The notes beneath the pieces are model-generated. The model did not search any database. It was not told the origin of the DNA and worked only from the letters and a program-made list of their open reading frames with translations. Both the position numbers and the translations under genes were made by a program. Shown piece after piece: positions 1 to 6,004 of a stretch of DNA of 11,864 bases. The stretch is taken from IMG/VR virus record IMGVR_UViG_3300029608_000062, positions 1-11,864 of that record; one strand, written 5' to 3'. Position 1 is the first letter of the stretch, and each line of letters begins with the position of its first letter. Origin of the DNA: a virus.

Positions 1-111
1 CTGCTGGTCACGGTCTTCCATGTGATCTTGTAATCCGCGCCCGTCAGCGTGTCAGCGTCGATGGCAGTCATGTGCGCCTTGATCGCGTCCTGAATGCTCT
101 CGATCTCGGCT
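1..111. repeat. Terminal direct repeat, copy 1 (identical to 11754-11864)
   Basis: Compared base by base with the last 111 nt of the window: 111/111 identical. It lies inside a coding region. Confidence 0.97.
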
Positions 112-182
112 GTCAGCTCGTCGGCCATGCGGCGCAGCTCGCGAAGCTCGTTGACCTTGTTCTGAATTTCTGTGTTGCTCAT
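1..182 (-). CDS. 5' part of a junction-spanning 91-aa coiled-coil hypothetical protein (MSNTEIQNKVNELRELRRMADELTAEIESIQDAIKAHM...). The complete gene is 11660..11753 joined to 1..182.
   Basis: ATG at 182 (minus), with SD-like AAAGGGG 7 nt upstream (rc of about 190-196). The frame stays open to the window edge and continues in frame from 11753 down to TAA at 11662-11660. This gene is not in the ORF track because it is split by linearisation. Confidence 0.8.
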   Translation of the reverse strand, partial: MSNTEIQNKVNELRELRRMADELTAEIESIQDAIKAHMTAIDADTLTGADYKITWKTVTS

Positions 183-193
183 GGAAATACCCC

Positions 194-222
194 TTTCAAT
201 TTTCGGCGGGGCGTGGTATACT
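194..222 (+). promoter_or_regulatory. Candidate plus-strand promoter (weak -35 TTTCAA 194-199, 17-nt spacer, extended -10 TGgTATACT 214-222), antisense to the leader of the minus-strand operon
   Basis: Sequence match to an extended -10 promoter. An intrinsic terminator lies about 25 nt downstream on the same strand. Confidence 0.35.
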
Positions 223-244
223 GACCGCGACCCCTTTTGTGGTT

Positions 245-293
245 GCGTCCTGCGTTTGCTTCCTACGGCGTGCAGGACGCTTTTCTTTTGTTT
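245..293 (+). terminator. Plus-strand rho-independent terminator-like hairpin
   Basis: 9-bp GC-rich stem GCGTCCTGC (245-253) / GCAGGACGC (272-280) with an 18-nt loop, followed by TTTTCTTTTGTTT (281-293). On the minus strand no U-tract follows the stem. Confidence 0.5.
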
Positions 294-422
294 GGGAACT
301 CCGGCGGCGGGCGGCTCTGAGTATCTAGCCCTTTTGGCATTTCTCTCAAGCTTCTCCGTTCCCGCTCTTATGTTGCCGCGTTTGTGTTCGACCTTCGCCG
401 TGTCCCCTCAACTCATGGCCTT

Positions 423-450
423 ATTATATCACGATAGCGTTATATTTCAA
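423..450 (-). promoter_or_regulatory. Strong minus-strand promoter for the junction-spanning operon
   Basis: On the minus strand: -35 TTGAAA (445-450), 16-nt spacer, extended -10 TGaTATAAT (-10 hexamer at 423-428). Confidence 0.65.
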
Positions 451-514
451 TTGACGTTATGTATAAAGATATCGTTATACATTGGTGCAATTTGTACAAT
501 TGATATCGTTATAT
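433..514. promoter_or_regulatory. Four direct copies of a GATAnCGTTATA-type motif (candidate operators) spread over the two divergent promoters
   Basis: gatagCGTTATat 433-445, ttgaCGTTATgt 451-462, gatatCGTTATac 468-480, gatatCGTTATat 502-514. CGTTAT cores start at 438, 455, 473 and 507, so spacings are 17, 18 and 34 bp. Confidence 0.6.
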
Positions 515-528
515 TTATGTGGTATAAT
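500..528 (+). promoter_or_regulatory. Promoter of the RHH gene
   Basis: -35 TTGATA (500-505), 17-nt spacer, extended -10 TGgTATAAT (-10 hexamer at 523-528). Followed by AAGGAGG (538-544) and the GTG at 552. Confidence 0.7.
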
Positions 529-551
529 GCACAATGTAAGGAGGTGGAAGT

Positions 552-746
552 GTGACCGTATCAAAGGCGCAGAAAGCAGCAACTGCAAAATATGAAGCAA
601 AAGCATACGACAAAGTGCTTGTGCGGTTGCCCCGTGGAAAGAAAAGCGAAATTGAAGCAGCGGCAAAACCGAAAGGTCAGAGCGTAAACGGTTTTATCAG
701 CGAGGCCATAGACGAAAAGCTTCAGCGAAACAACACAGCCGAATAA
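552..746 (+). CDS. Ribbon-helix-helix (Arc/CopG/MetJ-like) DNA-binding protein, 64 aa; candidate repressor of the divergent promoters
   Basis: GTG start 7 nt after AAGGAGG. The protein shows a beta-strand-like VLVRLPRGKK followed by helices (SEIEAAAKPKGQSVNGFISEAIDEKL), typical of RHH proteins. A terminator lies immediately downstream. Confidence 0.75.
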   Translation: MTVSKAQKAATAKYEAKAYDKVLVRLPRGKKSEIEAAAKPKGQSVNGFISEAIDEKLQRNNTAE

Positions 747-751
747 CAAAA

Positions 752-781
752 GCCGGGGCAGATCGCCCCGGCCTCTTTTCC
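752..781. terminator. Bidirectional-looking intrinsic terminator after the RHH gene
   Basis: Stem GCCGGGGC (752-759) / GCCCCGGC (765-772) with a 5-nt loop, flanked by AAAA upstream and CTCTTTTCC downstream. Confidence 0.75.
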
Positions 782-784
782 GGA

Positions 785-812
785 TTGACAACGGCGGGAA
801 ACGCCGTATAAT
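785..812 (+). promoter_or_regulatory. Consensus sigma-70/SigA-type promoter with a palindromic spacer
   Basis: TTGACA (785-790), 16-nt spacer, TATAAT (807-812). The spacer holds the inverted repeat ACGGCG (791-796) / CGCCGT (802-807). Confidence 0.7.
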
Positions 813-834
813 GAAAACATGGAGGGATGAAGCA

Positions 835-1095
835 ATGTTAGACGAAAAAGATTTACAGCAGGTCAAAGCGATTGCAGACGAGGCGCGGCGCGGGGCTGTG
901 CATGATATGCAAGTGATTATCGAAAATACGATCATGCCGAGCCTTAAGCTTCTTGCCGAAGGCCAAAAGACGATCTTGGAGACGATGACGCCGAAAACAC
1001 GGGTTGACGAACTCGAGGACGAAATGCAGCTGTTAAAAGCTGTTATCCGGTCGCAGTCAGAGCGAATCGCGGCGCTTGAAAAGCGTCTTGCTTAA
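835..1095 (+). CDS. 86-aa coiled-coil hypothetical protein (MLDEKDLQQVKAIADEARRG...IAALEKRLA)
   Basis: ATG 835 lies 8 nt after GGAGGG (821-826). The track start at 811 sits inside the -10 box, so it is unlikely. A strong terminator follows. Function unknown. Confidence 0.7.
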   Translation: MLDEKDLQQVKAIADEARRGAVHDMQVIIENTIMPSLKLLAEGQKTILETMTPKTRVDELEDEMQLLKAVIRSQSERIAALEKRLA

Positions 1096-1112
1096 TACGA
1101 TGTTTTGCATAT

Positions 1113-1153
1113 GCCGCTGTGAGGCCGTACAAGCCTCACAGCGGCGTTTTTTA
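1113..1153 (+). terminator. Strong rho-independent terminator
   Basis: 13-bp stem GCCGCTGTGAGGC (1113-1125) / GCCTCACAGCGGC (1133-1145) with a 7-nt loop, then GTTTTTTA. Confidence 0.9.
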
Positions 1154-1275
1154 TTCTCCCGCATAAACCGAGCGGGTATATGGCTTCTGGCGGCGTGTGC
1201 GGCGTTACAACAGCCACACAGCAAACGAACGTTCGTGTTTCTTCAAGGGTTCATCGGCGGAATTTCGCTGGTGAA

Positions 1276-1310
1276 CAGCAAAAGGAGCGGGAGGCCTTTC
1301 CCGCTCCTTT
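1276..1310 (-). terminator. Intrinsic terminator closing the long minus-strand morphogenesis operon
   Basis: Stem AAAGGAGCGGGA (1281-1292) / TCCCGCTCCTTT (1299-1310) with loop GGCCTT. On the minus strand the GC core is followed by UUUUGCUGUU. Confidence 0.65.
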
Positions 1311-1493
1311 CGTCTATATTTAGGGCTAAGAACAGATGGTCAGCACGCCGCAGGTGCTTTAGCGGCGTACCTGCGCAGTACCTCGCGCAGGATTTTGCAA
1401 AGCTGCAAAGGGTAGGCAGCCCCGCGCGCTCTGCCGACGGACACCGGGACTTTCTCCCGGCTGGTGGCCTGTCACCTCCGCAAAAATGAAATC

Positions 1494-2828
1494 TCAGTTT
1501 ACACCCATTCTCGACACAAGACGCTCGTTTTGCGCAATACGGACAACATCATTAAACTGCGTAACGCGGTTCGCATCAATACTTGTATTGTATGTGTTGT
1601 AATAATTATTCGTTGTCGTTCCCGCGTTTCCGGAAACAAATTTTCCTGTTCCGGCTTCGATGTATCCACTAACCGAGCCGACCCAGCCGCCGCGCGATGC
1701 GTCATAGACATTAGAGTTCAGCGCATTGCCGTATTTAATCCTCTGCGTATTAGACAGTTGACCGGACGACATATTCAAGCCAAGCGCGGTTTTGATCTTG
1801 TCCCCGTTCAGTGTAAGCAAACCGACAATGACGTTAGCCGTATCAGCGACAAGCGCAAGTATTTCCGCAACCGGCTTCAAAGACTGTTCCAACGCCGGAA
1901 GAAAATACACGATCAGATCTCCTAACGGCTCGAGTAGCGAAAACGCTGTCTCCAGAACGGTTCCGAGCAATTCAACGATTCTGCTGTTCTTGAACGCGCT
2001 GGACACCTTGTCGATGAACTTTAAACCCGCATCCATGACCTTTTGAAAAGATGGTGTTAATTTTTCAAGAAAGTCATTTTTCAGGGACTGGAATTTCTCA
2101 CCAAGAACCGCCGTGCTTTCCTGTAATTTCACCTGATTTTCTCTGGCTTTGACAACTTCCTCATTGTTTTCATAGAAGGATGCCGCAGCGTTGTCATACG
2201 TTGCCGCCAGTGTCTCCATGATAAGCTGGTTACGCATACTTTCTGTGCCGCACTCGGCAAGCTTGGCATTAAAGCCATCTTCGGAAATGCCCGCCCAGTT
2301 CAGAGCATCAGCAAGCACGCCTGTGACCTGTCCAACCTTTGCCGTCTCATTGCTGGCTTCCATAAGACTGTTGATCGGAAGAGCATCACCAAATGTACCG
2401 GCTACGCCTGCGGCAATATTTGTCCATTCGGCGAGATCTGCTTCACTTTCGCTCAGTTTTGCCATCAGCTGTGCGGCTTCCGTCGCAGTATCCGTATCGC
2501 CGATGATCTTATATAGTCCCGAATATGACTCTTTCGCCTTCTCCGCGCTGTATCCGGCGGTGCTGAACGCTGTGTTCAGCTTGCCCATTGCAACGCGGTA
2601 TTCCTCCGTCGAAGCAATTATTTTTTCCATAACCGCTGCACCTGCGGCGATTGCCCCAAACGCAACGGCGGTGCCCTTTCCTATTGTCTTGAATGCACCA
2701 ACAATTTTTTCGCCCGTGGACTTTGCTTTTTCGGAAAACTTGTCAATGGCTGTCTTCGCCTGCTCCGTCCCTCTCGAAACCTCGCTGACATCCGCGCCAA
2801 TTTTTACACAGAGTTCAAACAGATTCAT
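1494..2828 (-). CDS. Tape-measure-like protein, short (444 aa)
   Basis: Helical, Ala/Gly-rich N-terminal region with a hydrophobic GKGTAVAFGAIAAGAAV segment. The block FGDALPINSLMEASNETAKVGQVTGVLADALNWAGISEDGFNAKLAEC resembles conserved cores I recall from Firmicutes phage tape-measure / minor tail proteins. The start is taken as ATG 2828 (MNLFELCVKIG...), which overlaps the upstream gene by 14 nt; the track start at 2897 would lie inside that gene. Confidence 0.6.
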   Translation of the reverse strand: MNLFELCVKIGADVSEVSRGTEQAKTAIDKFSEKAKSTGEKIVGAFKTIGKGTAVAFGAIAAGAAVMEKIIASTEEYRVAMGKLNTAFSTAGYSAEKAKESYSGLYKIIGDTDTATEAAQLMAKLSESEADLAEWTNIAAGVAGTFGDALPINSLMEASNETAKVGQVTGVLADALNWAGISEDGFNAKLAECGTESMRNQLIMETLAATYDNAAASFYENNEEVVKARENQVKLQESTAVLGEKFQSLKNDFLEKLTPSFQKVMDAGLKFIDKVSSAFKNSRIVELLGTVLETAFSLLEPLGDLIVYFLPALEQSLKPVAEILALVADTANVIVGLLTLNGDKIKTALGLNMSSGQLSNTQRIKYGNALNSNVYDASRGGWVGSVSGYIEAGTGKFVSGNAGTTTNNYYNTYNTSIDANRVTQFNDVVRIAQNERLVSRMGVN

Positions 2829-3060
2829 CCGTATTCGCCTTCTTTCCAGCCCGATAACCCATGTGATACAGTTCCCGCGCAAAGGCAACTGCCGCATATG
2901 CAGTTGTTCCAGGCTTTATTTCGTCCGGGCACGGGGTGGGGCGCTGGTCGCGCCCCGCTTCCGCATCATCAAAGCCCATGTTCCATGCTTCTTGAAAGCG
3001 TTTTTCCATCTCGCGAAGGTAATTCCTTGCAATTTTAAAATACGCCCTTCTTTTTTTCAT
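2815..3060 (-). CDS. 81-aa hypothetical protein (MKKRRAYFKIARNYLREMEK...)
   Basis: ORF in the operon between the gp10-like and tape-measure-like genes. The start is trimmed to ATG 3060, just after the upstream stop (3075). The SD is weak. Confidence 0.55.
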   Translation of the reverse strand: MKKRRAYFKIARNYLREMEKRFQEAWNMGFDDAEAGRDQRPTPCPDEIKPGTTAYAAVAFARELYHMGYRAGKKANTDESV

Positions 3061-3074
3061 GCAATCACCGCTTT

Positions 3075-3500
3075 CTACGTTTTTTCTTGGAAGCCTTGTT
3101 CTTGGAAGCACTGGGACAACGCACTTTTGCTGTTCATTGCCGCCGGTTTTAGAAATGGCTTTGCTTTCTGCTTTGCAGTTCCGAGCTCCACATATGGTGC
3201 ATACTCGACGTTTGTACCGACAAAAACGGATAATTCATCGTCGTTCGGCGCTGCGCCGCTGTATTTGCCTGTCTGGATAACACCGTTTTTCTGTTTATTC
3301 GCTTTATAGGTTTCGACTGTTGGCTTCTTCCCAGCGAGTGCCCATGTGATGCTGTTTCGCAAAAGGCCAGTGTCTACCGTCGCAAGCCCCTTTGCCGCTC
3401 TCTCAATGACCATGCCGCACATCGTAAGTGCTTTCAATACCCGCAACTCGATTTCCTCTTTGCATTCTGCACTATAGTCTTTGAACTCAATGTTTGTCAT
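3075..3500 (-). CDS. HK97 gp10-family protein (head-tail joining / tail completion type), 141 aa
   Basis: Carries the family hallmarks VDTGLLRNSI ... VGTNVEYAPYVELGT ... KPFLKPA. SD GGAGAG lies upstream of ATG 3500. Confidence 0.8.
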   Translation of the reverse strand: MTNIEFKDYSAECKEEIELRVLKALTMCGMVIERAAKGLATVDTGLLRNSITWALAGKKPTVETYKANKQKNGVIQTGKYSGAAPNDDELSVFVGTNVEYAPYVELGTAKQKAKPFLKPAAMNSKSALSQCFQEQGFQEKT

Positions 3501-3606
3501 TGCGCCTGTCTCTCCGTTCCTGCCAGATTTCCCCGTAGCTCATAAAGACGATACCGAAAAACGCACCAGCGAGGAACAGCCCCGCTCCGATGATCATATT
3601 TCCCAT
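3487..3606 (-). CDS. 39-aa single-pass membrane peptide (MGNMIIGAGLFLAGAFFGIVFMSYGEIWQERRDRRNDKH)
   Basis: Not in the ORF track because it is under 60 aa. ATG 3606 lies 6 nt after AGGGGG. It fills the gap between neighbouring genes and overlaps the gp10-like start by 14 nt. It has a hydrophobic helix followed by a basic tail. Confidence 0.5.
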   Translation of the reverse strand: MGNMIIGAGLFLAGAFFGIVFMSYGEIWQERRDRRNDKH

Positions 3607-3616
3607 GTCTGCCCCC

Positions 3617-4288
3617 TTAAAAGTTCTCGATAGCCTGTCCGGTCAGCTCTTCCCACCATTTTCCCATGCTGATAATATGCTCGGGAGTTGTCACTGAACG
3701 GCTGCTTCCGCCGCGTCCGGAACAATAGGACGCAACGCCTTCCAGCTCATTCCAAGCCCGCAAAACTGTCCCCATACCCGTTTTGCAGTTGTCGGAAAGA
3801 ATACGCAGCGCAAGCGCGTCTTTGGTATCATCCGCGTTTTCAGAAGCGTCCAGCGCATACTTTGAAATCACGCGCAGCATGGTCGCGTTGCTCTCGTACC
3901 GCTCCGCAAACGAATAGTAATCTTCCACGGTCAGCGCACCGGATTTCAGAAGCTCCAATGCGTTCGCGTCGATCGCGTCCGGGTTCGCGAGGCTGTTTTT
4001 CTGAACGTCCTTTTCAAGCTCCTTGCGCAGTTCCTTGCACTTCGCGTCAAACTCCGGCCAGATTCTGGCCTCGGCAATCTTGAAAGCTGCGTCAGCCTTG
4101 TTCAGTTCAAGTTCTGCCGTCGCAATGCGAAGCCGCTTGTCTTCTTCGTTGTCGTTAGGCTTCCACGCCTTCGCGTCGGTGTCTGCCTGCCGTGCCTGCT
4201 CAAGACTGCTATAAGCCTCAGCGTATTCATCTCGGGCTGTCTTGAAAGCAGCGTCAAGCTGCTGTGCATAGGTGTTGTACTTACTCAT
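3617..4288 (-). CDS. 223-aa predicted all-helical / coiled-coil hypothetical protein
   Basis: ORF with SD GAAAGGAAA. Charged, Ala/Glu/Lys-rich heptad-like sequence. No motif I recognise. Confidence 0.75.
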   Translation of the reverse strand: MSKYNTYAQQLDAAFKTARDEYAEAYSSLEQARQADTDAKAWKPNDNEEDKRLRIATAELELNKADAAFKIAEARIWPEFDAKCKELRKELEKDVQKNSLANPDAIDANALELLKSGALTVEDYYSFAERYESNATMLRVISKYALDASENADDTKDALALRILSDNCKTGMGTVLRAWNELEGVASYCSGRGGSSRSVTTPEHIISMGKWWEELTGQAIENF

Positions 4289-4321
4289 AAATTTCCTTTC
4301 TGCGGTCTTTCCCGCCGTCTA

Positions 4322-4606
4322 TCAATCCAAATTTGGACAGTTTTCATAGCCGTTGCGGAATACGCTGTCGGCCTCATAGCTGACCTCAAAAAGCGGGGTA
4401 TGGTAGCCGCTGCTGTCCTTTACAAGCTCGCGGTTTGCATCGTCCAGCGCATGAAACGCCGGAATGATCTGCTTTTCCCATGTCTGCCTTTCAATGGCCT
4501 TGAAGCAATGCGGGCAAGTGCGGGCATAGTCCCCATTTGTGACGCTTCGCCCGTACACTTCCCATGTGCCGCCGCAATAGTGGCACTTGATACGCATATA
4601 GCCCAT
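4322..4606 (-). CDS. 94-aa zinc-ribbon hypothetical protein
   Basis: CxxC (CHYCGG) ... CxxC (CPHCF) pair. Strong SD AAAGGAGAA before ATG 4606, directly after the terL stop. Confidence 0.75.
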   Translation of the reverse strand: MGYMRIKCHYCGGTWEVYGRSVTNGDYARTCPHCFKAIERQTWEKQIIPAFHALDDANRELVKDSSGYHTPLFEVSYEADSVFRNGYENCPNLD

Positions 4607-4621
4607 GACTTTCTCCTTTCT

Positions 4622-6004
4622 TTAAGCGCTCTGCCCTCGCTTGCGGTAAATCTCACGGTCTAACGCATAAGCGAGGCTGTCTATACTGTGGTTGTCCCTG
4701 TCAGGGAGAGAGGAAAGCATATTGCCGTCCTTGTCCTTTTCGTATTCGTAGTTTGCAAGCTCCCGCGCCGCGTTTGGTGTCCTTGCAGGGTCAACCACAA
4801 TGCGCCGGTGTTGCAGCCACTTGATACGATACGCCACGCATCCCGGCTCTTTGTGGCAAGCTCTGGCCTGCTTTAAGCCGCAGTCCCTTAAATCGCTTAT
4901 GCTTTTCGGTTCTGCTGCATCGCAATAAATGTCGCTGTGATCTTGAAAGCACAAGCCGCTTACCGGGGAAAGGTAGCTGCTGCCTTTGGTGTCCCCCTCC
5001 ACAAGTGGGGCGATTTCCTCCGCAAGCTGCCGGTTACTCATGCCGCGCTTGTAAATCTCGTTCAGAATGTAGATTGTCTCGTGCTTACGGTCATAGCTGC
5101 AACGGATAAAGCAAGCGGGGTCTGCCGCAAAGCCAAAGTCCACGCCGGAAAAGAAGTATTCCATGTTCGCCACTTCCTCTGCGGTGATCTCCCGCACTTC
5201 CAGCGCCGGGAATACCTCCGCGCCGGTGCCGGTCGCCTCGCCTAAGTATTCATGCCGGTATGCCTGCTCATTGACGGCCTCCAAGCGTTCAGCCTCCGCT
5301 ATGAAAGCCTCGCCTAACCATTCGGCGGGTATGTCCTTATAGGTGGTGTGAAAGGTGATCCCCTGCGCGTCTGGCTCTGCAACAAACTGATTCGCCCAAT
5401 TCGCCTTACTGATCGGCGGGTTGAAGCTGCGGAACACTTGCGGATTTGTCCCTTGCCCTCGCATGACCGATTGCAAAACATTTCGGGCGAAGTTTGCACC
5501 GTTCAGCTCTGCAAATTCTTCAAACCAACAATAGCGGAAAGTGCCGCGCCTGGGCTTGATAGATTTCAATTTGCCTGCATCGTCCAGCCCTCGAAAAAGG
5601 ATCTGTGCGCCGGTCGGCCTGTATTCATACATCATCGGGGAAACGGTCGCTTTCCAGAGGTGGGAAACGCCCAGCATATCAATAGCCCATGCGATTTGAG
5701 AAAAAACGCTGTCGCGCATTGTCCCCGCTACCTTGCGGAACACAATAGCGTTGCTCTGGCCTGTGGGGTCGCTCTGTATGCCGTCCACGATCTCAAACGA
5801 TACGAAAGAGCTTTTGCAGCTCCCGCGCCCGCCCGGAAGATTGTAAAAGCGGTGCTGCCCTGCTTTTATATCCTCGTGCAAAGGGAGATAGCACGGGGCT
5901 ATGAAGTCCTCCACGGTGGCGGTGGTGGTCATGCTATCCCGGCGCTGCTTCTCTGCCATTTCAAGGGCTGCTATGCGCTGTTCCAGCTTGTCCCGTGTTA
6001 TCAT
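4622..6004 (-). CDS. terL: Terminase large subunit, PBSX / Terminase_3-like, 460 aa
   Basis: P-loop LPGGRGSCKSS, Walker-B-like YCWFEEF, and nuclease-domain acidic motifs GVDFGF, CDAAEP and DNHSIDSLAYAL. ATGA overlap with the upstream terS-like gene. Confidence 0.95.
   Translation of the reverse strand: MITRDKLEQRIAALEMAEKQRRDSMTTTATVEDFIAPCYLPLHEDIKAGQHRFYNLPGGRGSCKSSFVSFEIVDGIQSDPTGQSNAIVFRKVAGTMRDSVFSQIAWAIDMLGVSHLWKATVSPMMYEYRPTGAQILFRGLDDAGKLKSIKPRRGTFRYCWFEEFAELNGANFARNVLQSVMRGQGTNPQVFRSFNPPISKANWANQFVAEPDAQGITFHTTYKDIPAEWLGEAFIAEAERLEAVNEQAYRHEYLGEATGTGAEVFPALEVREITAEEVANMEYFFSGVDFGFAADPACFIRCSYDRKHETIYILNEIYKRGMSNRQLAEEIAPLVEGDTKGSSYLSPVSGLCFQDHSDIYCDAAEPKSISDLRDCGLKQARACHKEPGCVAYRIKWLQHRRIVVDPARTPNAARELANYEYEKDKDGNMLSSLPDRDNHSIDSLAYALDREIYRKRGQSA

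Noticed and set aside
172-555. 127-aa plus-strand ORF across the 183-551 gap
   Set aside because: It starts inside the junction gene's start region and runs through a terminator hairpin, both divergent promoters and the CGTTAT repeats. Its Cys/Leu/Phe-rich translation is typical of non-coding DNA.
552-1095. The RHH gene plus the downstream small gene as a type II toxin-antitoxin pair
   Set aside because: The two genes are separated by a good terminator (752-781), and the second has its own consensus promoter, so they are not a bicistronic TA operon. The second protein has no toxin-like motif I recognise.
1076-1489. 137-aa plus-strand ORF in the 1096-1493 gap
   Set aside because: It reads straight through the strong terminator at 1113-1153 and the hairpin at 1281-1310, and has no SD. 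I also examined a 47-aa ORF (ATG 1181) and a 36-aa minus-strand GTG ORF here and rejected both for lack of a usable SD.
2829-2897. N-terminal extensions given in the ORF track for several minus-strand genes (track starts at 2897, 3111, 6459, 7960, 8217, 10776, 11050, 11438)
   Set aside because: Each extension overlaps the 3' end of the upstream gene by tens of codons and lacks an SD. In every case an internal ATG sits 5-10 nt after an SD-like purine-rich motif (some weak), close to the upstream stop. The shorter forms are reported instead.
2191-3309. 372-aa plus-strand ORF, the second-longest plus-strand reading frame
   Set aside because: It is entirely antisense to the tape-measure-like, 81-aa and gp10-like genes. 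Its translation is low-complexity (Ser/Ala/Pro/Phe-rich), it has no SD, and it crosses three minus-strand gene boundaries. It is a shadow ORF of a biased coding strand.
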